Both the position numbers and the translations under genes were made by a program. From assembly GCA_049967855.1 (NCBI GenBank), contig JBMFRX010000004.1:8751-72750 (forward strand): a stretch of 64,000 nt of DNA. Direction: 5' to 3'. Position 1 is the first letter of the stretch, and every line of letters begins with the position of its first letter. The notes beneath the pieces are model-generated. The model saw only the letters and a list, made by a program, of their open reading frames with translations, was not told where the DNA came from and did not search any database. The stretch comes from Caldisericaceae bacterium. Lineage in GTDB: Bacteria > Caldisericota > Caldisericia > Caldisericales > Caldisericaceae. This document shows positions 44,887 through 54,915 of the stretch, piece after piece.

Positions 44887-46397
44887 TTTGCGTTAAAAGC
44901 AACGATTCTATTTCGACCCTTATCCTTTGCTTCATAGCAGGCAATATCAACGGCCTTTATTATTTCACTTGCAGTTTTGCCATCGTGCGGAAAAGAAGCT
45001 ATGCCTCCTGAAACTGTAAGCTTTCTGTTGGGTTGGTGGGATTCTCCCTTAAATTTTGTCATTGCAATTTCTCTTCTCACTCTATTTGCAAACTGGTCAG
45101 CTTGTTCCTTTGTAGTTTCGGGTAATATGACGATGAATTCTTCTCCTCCAAACCTTGCAGGGAGATCGCTTGTTCTTGACAGATTTGACAGAATCTCACC
45201 AACTGTCTTCAGTGCAATATTCCCCTGGTCGTGACCGTTAGTGTCATTATAGTGTTTAAAGTAATCTATGTCGAACATTACAAGGGAAAACTCTTTTTTG
45301 TACCTCTTTGATCGAGCTATTTCCCTGTCAAGCATCTGTCTAAAGAATCTGTAGTTTGCAATTTGTGTAAGCTCATCAGTAGTTGCAAGAGCTCTGGTTG
45401 TTTCGTAGAGCCTTGCATTTGTTATTGCGATTCCTATTTCTGTTGAAAGGACTTTTAGCAACCTTATCGTTTCTTCCGAAAAAACATCTTTCTTAATGTC
45501 CTCGATGTCGAGAACTCCTATTATACCTTGGTCGGTTTCTATCGGAAGGACAATTTCTGATTTTATTCCTTTGATTGCAGGTATGTATCGCTTATCTTTT
45601 GAAACATCGTTAACGCAGACAACTTGCCCAAGTCTGGCTGCTGTGCCGGTGAGCCCTTGCCCTTCATTGATGTTTGCTTTGAAGTTCTTTATAACCTGAA
45701 TTGGAAAATCTCTGGAAGTCTTCATAGGAACAAGAAAACCGTCCTTATCCTTAAGAAGGATGTCGAAGTATTTGTAACCAAAGTATTTCTCGAGCACTTT
45801 AATTATCGCACTCAATGTCTTTGAGAGATTAGATGAAGCCTTACTGAGATAATTAGTGGATTTTATGAGAGCCTCAAGCCTGTTAACAACGCTTTCGAGT
45901 TTCAAGTCAATTTCGAAACTTGTAATCATATATCCAATAATTGTCGCAAGTGCCTGGGCATTAGCTGCATCGGATTCGCTGAAAGCGTTTTTCTCTGGGC
46001 TTTCAAAGTTAAGAACGCCTACGACATTCTTTTTTATCACTATTGGAATAGCCATCTCTGATTGAGCTCCAACGACTCCCTTAATGTAATGAATATCTTG
46101 CGTGGTGTCGTTGACGATTATGATTTTTCTTTTGTTTGCAGCAAGACCAGTTACCCCTTCGGCTTTGCTTATATCGAAAGTTAAATCAAAAGACTCTTCA
46201 GTGTAGCCTATTGAAACAAAAACGTTCAATTTACCTTTGTTGTTTATCAAAATGGCGCCATTTCCAACATTGAATGCATCTTTTGCCATAAGGAGAATAG
46301 TTTTTAGAGTTTCTTTGAGTTGCTCGGAATTCTGAGCAAGCTTTGACGCTTTTGTGATTACTTCAAGTTCTTTAGATAGTTTATCTTTCATATTCAT
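44883..46397 (-). CDS. tandem-GAF GGDEF diguanylate cyclase
   Basis: Two GAF-like regions plus GGDEF (FGGEEF) with an RTSD I-site. Confidence 0.85.
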   Translation of the reverse strand: MNMKDKLSKELEVITKASKLAQNSEQLKETLKTILLMAKDAFNVGNGAILINNKGKLNVFVSIGYTEESFDLTFDISKAEGVTGLAANKRKIIIVNDTTQDIHYIKGVVGAQSEMAIPIVIKKNVVGVLNFESPEKNAFSESDAANAQALATIIGYMITSFEIDLKLESVVNRLEALIKSTNYLSKASSNLSKTLSAIIKVLEKYFGYKYFDILLKDKDGFLVPMKTSRDFPIQVIKNFKANINEGQGLTGTAARLGQVVCVNDVSKDKRYIPAIKGIKSEIVLPIETDQGIIGVLDIEDIKKDVFSEETIRLLKVLSTEIGIAITNARLYETTRALATTDELTQIANYRFFRQMLDREIARSKRYKKEFSLVMFDIDYFKHYNDTNGHDQGNIALKTVGEILSNLSRTSDLPARFGGEEFIVILPETTKEQADQFANRVRREIAMTKFKGESHQPNRKLTVSGGIASFPHDGKTASEIIKAVDIACYEAKDKGRNRIVAFNAK

Positions 46398-46409
46398 CCA
46401 GAGTAAGCT

Positions 46410-47039
46410 TTATGGTATTGGTATCAAATTGAAGCTCCGCAACCCAAGTTCGTATTTTGAAGCTCCAGCAGGCTTTAGTCCGCAAGTAGTCTGTATTAGC
46501 GAAGAGCATTCCAACAAGTCCTCTTCAGAACCTTTCTTGAGTTCGAGTTCAATTTCGGTATACGGGATTCTTCTTTTTCCCTTCTCAAAATATAGATAAT
46601 CAAGAGACATTTCCACAAGAGAATTCCTTTTTTTCATCAGAATTAAATGTCTATCGTTGTCAATTGTTAGCACTTCTTCCAAAGGTTTGTTCTTGGTTGC
46701 GGAAAGAACTGTTGGGAAATAAGATTGCAGAAACTCTTTACAGGTGACATCTTCTCCATTGCGGAGTTCTATCTCGGTTTCCTCTCTGATATAGATATTG
46801 TTCTTAAGTATTCCGTTTGCTTTAAGATAAATGAACTTTCTTTCATTTTCTTCGCGGAGCCTATAAGCAAGATTGTTGTATAGCAAAGAAAAGTTTTCTG
46901 TGTCAAAATAGTGGCTTACAAGATGCATCGGCTGTGTTTTTTCAAACACCCAATCAAAAAACCTACCGAAAGTCTCTATTCTTTCCATTGTTTTTCTTGA
47001 TGCAACCAATTTTACTTCATATTCTAACACATTTATCAC
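46410..47039 (-). CDS. CYTH-domain (triphosphate tunnel metalloenzyme) protein
   Basis: N-terminal EYEVKL (ExExK) signature. GTG start overlaps the proC stop (GTGA). Confidence 0.7.
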   Translation of the reverse strand: MINVLEYEVKLVASRKTMERIETFGRFFDWVFEKTQPMHLVSHYFDTENFSLLYNNLAYRLREENERKFIYLKANGILKNNIYIREETEIELRNGEDVTCKEFLQSYFPTVLSATKNKPLEEVLTIDNDRHLILMKKRNSLVEMSLDYLYFEKGKRRIPYTEIELELKKGSEEDLLECSSLIQTTCGLKPAGASKYELGLRSFNLIPIP

Positions 47040-47854
47040 CCTTTCCTTTTGTTGATTTCTTTAAGAAAAAGAGTCCTTTTGTATGCTGAATAAACAGACT
47101 TTTCAAGAACTGTTCTAAAACCACCTTTTTCAAGTTCGTATAGCGCATCTGCTGTTGTACCGCCAGGGGATGTAACCATATCCTTTAGTTCTGAGGTGTG
47201 TTTGCTTGAGTTCATTGCAAATAGTACAGAACCCAAAGTAGTTTGGTAGACGAGTTCTGTGGAGTCTCTTCTTGAGAAGCCCAGGTGTACTCCTGCCGCA
47301 ATAAGTGATTCAAGAAAAAGAAAAACATAAGCAGGACCTGTGCCGCTCAAAGCTGTAGCCATATCAACGTATTCATCTCCATCAACAAAGAACTCCTTCC
47401 CCATTGACGATAGTATATTCTTGACTTGATTCCTTTCGTTTTCGCTAACTTCCTTTGTTGCAGTCCACACAGTCATACCATAGCCTATCTGTGCAGGAGT
47501 GTTTGGCATTGCCCTGATGATTTTCTTATGTAGCAAACCTTTTTGGAGAGCGTCGATATCAATACCTGCCATAATTGAAAGCACGACTTGTGCATCATTG
47601 AGCGAATCTCTTATTTCCTCTGATACTTTTTGGAACATCTGTGGTTTGATAGATAGCACCACTATCTCACCGTTTCTTGTGGCATCTACGTTTGATTGAG
47701 TGGTGTTAATTCCAAATTGATTTCGTATTTCCTGGAGCCCTCTTTCGGTAGGAGCGCTTCCTGTTATTTCTTCTTTTAAAGCGATATGTTTCTCGAGCAT
47801 GCACTTTATCATTGCAGTTGCCATTGTTCCAGTTCCAATGAACGATATTTTCAT
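47036..47854 (-). CDS. proC: pyrroline-5-carboxylate reductase
   Basis: ISFIGTGTMA Rossmann motif and MVTSPGGTTADAL C-terminal motif. Confidence 0.9.
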   Translation of the reverse strand: MKISFIGTGTMATAMIKCMLEKHIALKEEITGSAPTERGLQEIRNQFGINTTQSNVDATRNGEIVVLSIKPQMFQKVSEEIRDSLNDAQVVLSIMAGIDIDALQKGLLHKKIIRAMPNTPAQIGYGMTVWTATKEVSENERNQVKNILSSMGKEFFVDGDEYVDMATALSGTGPAYVFLFLESLIAAGVHLGFSRRDSTELVYQTTLGSVLFAMNSSKHTSELKDMVTSPGGTTADALYELEKGGFRTVLEKSVYSAYKRTLFLKEINKRKG

Positions 47855-47864
47855 AAAAATCTCC

Positions 47865-48329
47865 TCAGGTTAAAGCATTCAAACAATTGTCTATGGAAAC
47901 CTTGTTATGTGCTAATTCTATTCTTTTAATAGCAGACGAAAATTGTGGCAATGAAAACCGTACAATGGAAAAACCGCATCTTTTATTAGAAGCAAGATTT
48001 TGCTGCAATTCATCAACGATTTTAAGAAAATAAGATTTTTTCATTTCTCTAAGTTTGTTTCTTTTTCTGTAGAGTTGAAAAAAGAAAATACGTAAGCTGT
48101 AATTTGTGAGCAAGGCAAAGTTGGTGATTTTGTGAATACAGAATTGATTTTTTATGCTGTTTTCTTGTTTTATTTTGTAAGAAGTCTCTTTTGTTGGAGT
48201 ATTAAAAACCTCATTAATGTCGCCTGCAGTTAAGCAAGAATTTACCCTTTCTGAGTCTCTTCTTAAACTCAGTCTTCTTTTGTCAAGTAGCAAAACCTTT
48301 GCGTCTTTTTCAGACTGATTTTTCAACAA
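47865..48329 (-). CDS. hypothetical basic protein (K/R/N/S-rich), no recognised domain
   Basis: TTG start region directly preceded by AAGGAGGAG. Ends 10 nt before proC. No family recognised. Confidence 0.4.
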   Translation of the reverse strand: MLKNQSEKDAKVLLLDKRRLSLRRDSERVNSCLTAGDINEVFNTPTKETSYKIKQENSIKNQFCIHKITNFALLTNYSLRIFFFQLYRKRNKLREMKKSYFLKIVDELQQNLASNKRCGFSIVRFSLPQFSSAIKRIELAHNKVSIDNCLNALT

Positions 48330-48438
48330 CTCCTCCTTGAGGAATTATATCAAATTTGCGGTTTTTTACAAGCATAACTTCATATGTTGCCAAGTATGAG
48401 ATAAGCAAGTAAAAATGATGATTCTTTGGTTTGAGGTG

Positions 48439-48467
48439 TTGACAAATGACATCAAAAATGCTAAAAT
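48439..48467 (+). promoter_or_regulatory. consensus sigma70 promoter with extended -10 for ftcD-hutI-gcvT
   Basis: TTGACA (48439-48444), 17 nt ending TGc, TAAAAT (48462-48467), then a 19-nt leader with GAGGTG SD. Confidence 0.65.
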
Positions 48468-48486
48468 AATAAAAATGAGGTGTTAA

Positions 48487-49380
48487 ATGAAAGAACTAAT
48501 AGAATGCGTTCCAAACATAAGTGAAGGACGCAACGCGGAAGTTATTGAAGAAGTAATCGAAAATCTAAGAAAGACAGGTGTAAAGTTACTTGACTATTCG
48601 TCTGATCCAGACCACAACAGAACCGTAATCACTTTTGCAGGGGACAAGACTTCAGTTAAAGAAGGCGCTTTGCAGGTTGCAAGAGATGCAGTAAGGCTTA
48701 TCGACTTGAGAAATCACAGCGGAACGCATCCTCGCATGGGTGCAGTCGATGTTATTCCATTTATTCCCATAAACGGTGTATCAATAAAAGACTGCATTGA
48801 ACTTAGCAAAGAGGTTGGGAAACTTGTTGCAGAGGAGTTGAGCCTGCCTGTGTATCTCTACGCCGAGTCCGCATCTTGTGAGTCGAGAAGACTTCTCCCT
48901 GAAATAAGAAAAGGAGAATTTGAGGGTTTTAGAGAGAAAATACATGATCCTTCCTGGGCGCCTGATTTTGGTCCAAAAGAGATTCATCCCTCCGCAGGGG
49001 TTACGGCAGTTGGGGCAAGAGAATTTTTGATTGCCTTTAACATTAATCTTTCCACAAAGGATATCGAAGTTGCCAGGAAAATTGCTAGGTCAATACGTGA
49101 AAGCTCAGGAGGGCTGAAATATATACAGGCAAAGGAGATGGCTCTTGAGGATAAAGGATGTGTTCAGGTTTCTATGAACATACTTAACTACAAAAAAGCT
49201 CCGATATACAGAGTTTTTGAAATTGTCAAGATGGAAGCAAGTCGTTTTGGCGTAGGCATAATTGAGAGTGAAATTGTTGGCTTGATGCCAATGAAAGCTG
49301 CTCTTGAGAGTCTTGCTTTTTATATTCAGTTACCTCAACTAACCGATAAGCAAATCATTGAAACAAAAATATATGAATAG
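48487..49380 (+). CDS. ftcD: glutamate formimidoyltransferase (transferase domain only)
   Basis: ECVPNISEGR N-terminus, 297 aa, no cyclodeaminase domain. Confidence 0.85.
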   Translation: MKELIECVPNISEGRNAEVIEEVIENLRKTGVKLLDYSSDPDHNRTVITFAGDKTSVKEGALQVARDAVRLIDLRNHSGTHPRMGAVDVIPFIPINGVSIKDCIELSKEVGKLVAEELSLPVYLYAESASCESRRLLPEIRKGEFEGFREKIHDPSWAPDFGPKEIHPSAGVTAVGAREFLIAFNINLSTKDIEVARKIARSIRESSGGLKYIQAKEMALEDKGCVQVSMNILNYKKAPIYRVFEIVKMEASRFGVGIIESEIVGLMPMKAALESLAFYIQLPQLTDKQIIETKIYE

Positions 49381-49389
49381 GGGGCGAGC

Positions 49390-50667
49390 ATGGGACTGCC
49401 AGTTGCGGACGTAATTATTATGAATGCAAGGGAGTTGCTAACACTCTCTTACGCTCTTTCGAGTGAGGAAGATCGTGAACAAGATAGAAAACTTGGGTTG
49501 ATTCATGACGGTGGAATTGCAGTAAAAGACGGCAAGATAATCGCTGTCGGGACGACAGATGATGTAATGAAAATGGCTGAAGTTGGTAAGGATACAGTGC
49601 AGATTGATGCAAAAGACAAAGTCGTTTTACCAGGCTTTGTGGATCCCCATACGCATCTCGTCTTCAAAGGGACAAGGGAAAAGGAGTTTCTTCTTCGGCA
49701 ACAGAAGGTCCCAATGGCGAGGATATTAAAGGAAGAAAACACTGGTATTGTGTCGACCGTTCGCTGGACAAGAAAGGCAACTTTTAACGAACTCCTGGAT
49801 GAATCTAGCAGACATCTTTCTCTTCTTGTGGATTGGGGTACTACCACCGTTGAAATTAAAAGTGGTTACGGGCTGAACCTTGAAGAAGAAATAAAGATTC
49901 TTAAGATAGCACGCCATCTTGGAACTTACACCCCTGTCAACGTTAAGGCAACTTTGCTTGCAGCTCATATAATTCCTCCTGAATATCATATGAGAGATGA
50001 GAAATATGTTGAACTTGTTACCGAAGATATCATACCTATTATTGCAAAGAATAAGCTTGCTGATTTTAATGATGTTTTTTGTGAAAAGGGGGCATTCACG
50101 AGAGAGCAGTCTAAGAAAATACTCCAGATTGGCAAGAAAAATGGGTTGAAGCCAAAGATTCATGCAGATGAAATGAGTGAGGCTGGAGGAGCAGAAATTG
50201 CTGCGCTTGTAGGAGCAGTTTCTGCAGACCATCTTGTTTATGCAAGTGACGATGGCCTAAAGAAAATGAAAGAAGCAGGAGTTGTTGCGGTTTTGCTTCC
50301 TGTTACTACCTTCTCTTTGGGTGAAACCAAATATGCTGATGCAAGAAAGATGTTAGATTTGGGATTGCAAGTAGCACTTGGAACTGACTATAACCCTGGA
50401 ACATCGATGACTCCTTCGATTCCTCTTGTTATGTCATTTGCTTGCGTGAACCTTAAAATGAGAATTGAGGAGATTATACAGGCAGTAACCATTAATGCAG
50501 CGAAGGCAATGGATATGGAAAAGGAAGTAGGCACTCTTGAGCAAGGGAAAAGGGCTAACATAAATATTCTTGGAATCACTCATTATGAAGAAATCCCTTA
50601 CAGAATTGGGGAAAACTATGTTGAAACTGTTATTTCAAATGGACAGATTTTGAAGGGAGGAGAATAA
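49390..50667 (+). CDS. hutI: imidazolonepropionase
   Basis: PGFVDPHTHLVF, KIHADE, and GTDYNPG motifs. Confidence 0.85.
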   Translation: MGLPVADVIIMNARELLTLSYALSSEEDREQDRKLGLIHDGGIAVKDGKIIAVGTTDDVMKMAEVGKDTVQIDAKDKVVLPGFVDPHTHLVFKGTREKEFLLRQQKVPMARILKEENTGIVSTVRWTRKATFNELLDESSRHLSLLVDWGTTTVEIKSGYGLNLEEEIKILKIARHLGTYTPVNVKATLLAAHIIPPEYHMRDEKYVELVTEDIIPIIAKNKLADFNDVFCEKGAFTREQSKKILQIGKKNGLKPKIHADEMSEAGGAEIAALVGAVSADHLVYASDDGLKKMKEAGVVAVLLPVTTFSLGETKYADARKMLDLGLQVALGTDYNPGTSMTPSIPLVMSFACVNLKMRIEEIIQAVTINAAKAMDMEKEVGTLEQGKRANINILGITHYEEIPYRIGENYVETVISNGQILKGGE

Positions 50668-50668
50668 A

Positions 50669-51787
50669 ATGGACACATTAAAGAGAACGCCTCTTTATGA
50701 AGAACATCTAAAACTTGGGGCAAAGATGGTTCCTTTTGGTGGTTGGGAGATGCCTCTTGAATATTCAGGAATTGTTGATGAGCATATTAACGTAAGGGAA
50801 CGAGTTGGTATATTTGATGTTTCTCATATGGGCGAAATTGAGATAAGAGGAACCGATGCGGTAGACTTTACTGAATATATTGTAGCAAACTCCGTAAAGG
50901 ATATGAAAATAGGAAGAGTGAAATATACTCCAATGTGTTATCCAGATGGAGGAGAAGTCGATGACCTTTTTGTTTACAAAATGGCGGATGATTTTATGCT
51001 GCTTGTTGTTAACGCGTCCAATTATGAAAAGGACCTTGAATGGTTGATTAAAAATCAAGGCGATTTCAAGGTTTCAATTGATGGAAAGAGTTTTGAATAC
51101 GGAGAAGTATCTATACAGGGACCCAGAGCTGAAGAATTTCTGACGAATTATTTTGAAGGTGCTGAGCCTTTATCAAATTTGGGCTATTTTAAATGGACAA
51201 AAGGCAAGCTCTTTGGTGTTGACGTAATGCTTTCTCGAACAGGATATACTGGCGAAGACGGCTTTGAAATCTACACTAAAAGTGCAGAAGTTGTAGGTGT
51301 ATGGAGCGAAGCTCTGAAGAATGGCAGAAATTTTGGTATCAAGCCAGCTGGTCTTGGAGCAAGAGACACTTTAAGGTTTGAAGTAGCCTACTGGTTGTAC
51401 GGTGACGATATCGATGAAACCACAAATCCTCTGGAAGCCGGTCAAGGATTTGCAGTTAAGCTTTCTAAAGAGGATTTCATAGGAAAGAAGGCACTTATGG
51501 AAGCCAAGTCACTTGGGATAAAACGCAAACTTGTCGGGATAAGCATTCCCAAAGGTGGAATACCTCGTCATCAAATGGATATAATCAAGAACAACGTAAA
51601 GATTGGTTATGTGACAAGCGGCAATTATTCACCAACTCTCAAAGGAGTTTACGCAATGGGATATGTCCCCGTAGAATATTCAGAGCACCAAACTGAACTT
51701 TTTGTAAGAATAAGGGACAAAGATGCTTCTTCAATTGTGGTGCCGCTACCTTTTGTAGAGCCAAGGGCAGGGAAGAAAAAGGTTTGA
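50669..51787 (+). CDS. gcvT: aminomethyltransferase (glycine-cleavage T-protein family)
   Basis: RTPLYEEHLKLGAKMVPFGGWEMPLEY, DVSHMGEIEIRG, and SRTGYTGEDGFEI motifs. Confidence 0.85.
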   Translation: MDTLKRTPLYEEHLKLGAKMVPFGGWEMPLEYSGIVDEHINVRERVGIFDVSHMGEIEIRGTDAVDFTEYIVANSVKDMKIGRVKYTPMCYPDGGEVDDLFVYKMADDFMLLVVNASNYEKDLEWLIKNQGDFKVSIDGKSFEYGEVSIQGPRAEEFLTNYFEGAEPLSNLGYFKWTKGKLFGVDVMLSRTGYTGEDGFEIYTKSAEVVGVWSEALKNGRNFGIKPAGLGARDTLRFEVAYWLYGDDIDETTNPLEAGQGFAVKLSKEDFIGKKALMEAKSLGIKRKLVGISIPKGGIPRHQMDIIKNNVKIGYVTSGNYSPTLKGVYAMGYVPVEYSEHQTELFVRIRDKDASSIVVPLPFVEPRAGKKKV

Positions 51788-51840
51788 AATAAACAGAATT
51801 TTCTTTATACTATTGTTGATATAAGAATAGGAGGTATTTT

Positions 51841-53010
51841 ATGAAATTATCAAAGTTTGTTCAAAGAGCAGGCACTGAGACTGCTTTTGTAATGCTTGCT
51901 AAGGCAAAAGAACTTGAGAGACAAGGAAAAAACATTGTTCACTTTGAAATCGGAGAGCCTGATTTCAACACACCAGAGAATGTAAAGACTGAAGGAATGA
52001 GAGCAATTGAGAATAACTTTACACACTATTCTCCTACGTTAGGCGTTCTTGAACTGAGAGAGGCCATTGCAAAATATATTTCTAACACAAGAAACATTGA
52101 TGCAAAAGCCGAGGAAGTAATTGTTACTCCTGGAGGGAAGGAAGTTATTTTTGGTACGATGTTGTCGCTTCTTGACGAAGGCGATGAAGCTGTCTACCCT
52201 AATCCTGGTTATCCTATTTATGAATCAGCAATCTACCTAGCAGGAGCAAAACCTGTGCCAATGCCATTGCTTGAGGAAAATCATTTTGCTTTCGATAAAG
52301 ACCAATTTGCGAAGCTCATTACCCCTAAAACCAGGTTGATTGTAATAAACTCGCCAGGGAATCCTACGGGAGGAATTCTCTCAAGAGAAGATCTGGAGTT
52401 TATAGCAGAGATTGCCAAAAAGAATGATATTTACATTCTTTCTGATGAGATTTATTCAAGAATTATATACGATGGCAAGTTCGAAAGCATTGCCTCACTT
52501 CCTGGCATGAAAGAGAGAACAGTTATACTTGATGGATTTTCAAAAACTTATGCAATGACAGGTTGGAGGCTTGGATACGCAGTTGCTAACAAGGAAATTA
52601 TCGAAGCCCTTTCTAAAATTGCTGTTAACTCATTTTCCTGTGTTGCAACTTTCGTGCAGAAAGCTGGCATTGAAGCACTGAATGGCCCTCAGGAAGATGT
52701 TGAGATTATGAGAAAGGAATACGAAGAGAGAAGAAATCTTATTATTGACGGGTTAAACAGCATTCCTGGAATTTCTGTGAAGATGCCAAAGGGTGCTTTC
52801 TATGCTTTTGCTAATGTAAAGAAAATAGGTAAGACTTCAAAGGAAATTGCAGATTACCTTCTGTACGATGCAGGAGTTTGCACTCTTGCTGGAACTGCCT
52901 TTGGGTCTTATGGAGAAGGATACATACGCTTCTCTTACGCAACCTCTCAAGAAAATATTAAGGAAGGTTTACGAAGGGTAAAGGATGCTTTTGAAAGACT
53001 AATGAAATAG
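51841..53010 (+). CDS. class-I/II PLP aminotransferase (aspartate aminotransferase-like)
   Basis: GEPDF, NPGNPTG, and FSKTYAMTGWRLGY (PLP lysine) motifs. Confidence 0.85.
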   Translation: MKLSKFVQRAGTETAFVMLAKAKELERQGKNIVHFEIGEPDFNTPENVKTEGMRAIENNFTHYSPTLGVLELREAIAKYISNTRNIDAKAEEVIVTPGGKEVIFGTMLSLLDEGDEAVYPNPGYPIYESAIYLAGAKPVPMPLLEENHFAFDKDQFAKLITPKTRLIVINSPGNPTGGILSREDLEFIAEIAKKNDIYILSDEIYSRIIYDGKFESIASLPGMKERTVILDGFSKTYAMTGWRLGYAVANKEIIEALSKIAVNSFSCVATFVQKAGIEALNGPQEDVEIMRKEYEERRNLIIDGLNSIPGISVKMPKGAFYAFANVKKIGKTSKEIADYLLYDAGVCTLAGTAFGSYGEGYIRFSYATSQENIKEGLRRVKDAFERLMK

Positions 53011-53032
53011 ATTCTTTTTAACTTTTGCAAAA

Positions 53033-53054
53033 GGCGGGAGAGCCCGCCTTTTTT
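53033..53054 (+). terminator. rho-independent terminator after the aminotransferase gene
   Basis: GGCGGG-agag-CCCGCC followed by TTTTTT. Confidence 0.8.
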
Positions 53055-53098
53055 ATTTTAATTATGTGTGCTAAAATATCGTAGTTTAGGAGGAGTCT

Positions 53099-53908
53099 AT
53101 GACGATGTTTAGAGCTATTGTACTTGGGATTATACAGGGAGCAACAGAGTTTCTTCCAGTTAGCAGTTCGGGCCATCTTGTGGTTATTCCCGCAATTCTT
53201 GGGTGGGGAACACCTACTCTTTCTTTTACAATGGGCCTTCATGTAGGTACGCTTCTTGCGGTGATTTTGTATTACATTAAGGATGTCATCAGGTTGTTCA
53301 AGGGGATTTTTTCCATTTTCAAGAAAGTGAGAACCCCAGAAGAGGAATTCTATCTTAAACTTGCAGTTTACATAATAGTAGCAATGATCCCTGCAGGTTT
53401 ATTTGGAGTAATACTGTCTAAGAAAGTTGAGCTGGCTTTCTCGAGTCCTCACACTGTGTCTTTGCTCTTTTTTGTGACTGCTGCCATTCTTTTACTGGCT
53501 AACTTTGATTTTGTAAGAGAGCCAGTTAGCTTGAGCCAAATGTCGCTTAAGAATGCGCTAGTTGTTGGATTTATGCAAATTGTTTCTTTGTTGCCAGGAG
53601 TTTCTCGCTCAGGGTCTACAATTGCTGGGGGAGTTTATTCGGGAATGAAGAAAAATGATGCCGCGAGGTTTTCTTTCTTATTATCAATTCCAATGATTTT
53701 TGGTGCATCGCTTTTTGAGGCGAAAGATATGTTTAATAGCACAGTAGCAGGGGTTTCTGCAACCGAGCTTTTTGTTGGTATGGTAGTCGCCTTTATTGTA
53801 GGTTTACTCTCGATTAGATTTTTCTTTAAGCTTGTGCAGAAAACGAAATTTTATGTCTTTGCAACTTACTGCGTTGTTATAGGTATAGTTGGGCTTATAC
53901 TAACATAA
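53099..53908 (+). CDS. uppP: undecaprenyl-diphosphate phosphatase
   Basis: GIIQGATEFLPVSSSGH and PGVSRSGSTI motifs, eight TM segments. Confidence 0.9.
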   Translation: MTMFRAIVLGIIQGATEFLPVSSSGHLVVIPAILGWGTPTLSFTMGLHVGTLLAVILYYIKDVIRLFKGIFSIFKKVRTPEEEFYLKLAVYIIVAMIPAGLFGVILSKKVELAFSSPHTVSLLFFVTAAILLLANFDFVREPVSLSQMSLKNALVVGFMQIVSLLPGVSRSGSTIAGGVYSGMKKNDAARFSFLLSIPMIFGASLFEAKDMFNSTVAGVSATELFVGMVVAFIVGLLSIRFFFKLVQKTKFYVFATYCVVIGIVGLILT

Positions 53909-53921
53909 GGGGGGATTGGGA

Positions 53922-54344
53922 ATGTTTAAAACAATCGTTTTTTCTTATGATTTTTCTTGTTTTAGTGAGAGCGTGGTTCCCTACATAAAAGATATGAAAT
54001 CAGCTGGACTTGAAAGAGTTGTCGTTGTTTCTGTCCTTGAATACGGGGAACTTTACCCAAGGCCTGTTTCAAAAGAACTCGAGCTTAAGGAATACAAAGA
54101 AAAAAATAGGTCCAGGCTTGATTCAGTGAAAGATGAATTTGAAAGCGTTGGTATCAAGGTCAAGCTTTATGTTGACTATGGAATTGCGTCAAAGGTTATT
54201 TCCTATGTCGCAGTGGAAGAGCATGCCGACCTCATCGTTATGGCTTCTATTGGGGCAGGTTTTTCTCATGGGCTTTTGGGCAGCACTGTTCAGAATGTTA
54301 TCAAACTGTCAAAAGTGCCAGTCCTGATTGTACCAGCTAAATGA
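53922..54344 (+). CDS. universal stress protein family
   Basis: About 140 aa; C-terminal GSTVQNVIKLSKVPVLIV motif. Start set to ATG 53922 after AAGGGGGG. Confidence 0.7.
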   Translation: MFKTIVFSYDFSCFSESVVPYIKDMKSAGLERVVVVSVLEYGELYPRPVSKELELKEYKEKNRSRLDSVKDEFESVGIKVKLYVDYGIASKVISYVAVEEHADLIVMASIGAGFSHGLLGSTVQNVIKLSKVPVLIVPAK

Positions 54345-54440
54345 GCTTATTCTAATAAACTTGTCCTTACGTGTTTTTAACGCACCTTTAGGTGATGTTT
54401 GAAGCAAAGTTTTCGGAAATAATAAGATTGATTATGCGTT

Positions 54441-54902
54441 CTACCTTCTTATCTTAACTATACCTGCCACCTCTATTGCGGCATTTAGCGGAAGAGAACA
54501 TACCCCTATTGCAACCCTTGAATGCTTTCCGCGCTCTCCAAAGATTTCTACCAGAAGATTCGATACTTCATTCAATACCTTTGGTTGGTCATAAAAGCTG
54601 CTTGTGCTGGAGACATAACCTTCTATTTTTACGAATTGGTCTATGAAGTCTAAACTTCCTAAAGAGGATTTAATATTGGCAAGAAACGACAACACTACAG
54701 CAACTCCTGCCTCTTTTGCATCATCAATTGTGAGTTTTTCGCCAAATTGCCCGCTTATTACCTTGCCATCTTTTGTTGGTATTGCCCCTGAGAAAAATAA
54801 AAAATTGCCCGAAATTACGCAGGGTACGTACGACCCTAAGGTTTTTGATGGCTCTGGAAGATTTAATCCAAGATTCTTAATCCTTTCTTCAATGTTATCC
54901 AT
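54441..54902 (-). CDS. RidA/YjgF/UK114 family protein
   Basis: 153 aa. LFFSGAIP...RVAIGVCSLPLNAAIEV pattern. Confidence 0.7.
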   Translation of the reverse strand: MDNIEERIKNLGLNLPEPSKTLGSYVPCVISGNFLFFSGAIPTKDGKVISGQFGEKLTIDDAKEAGVAVVLSFLANIKSSLGSLDFIDQFVKIEGYVSSTSSFYDQPKVLNEVSNLLVEIFGERGKHSRVAIGVCSLPLNAAIEVAGIVKIRR

Positions 54903-54915
54903 AAACTGCCTCCTT

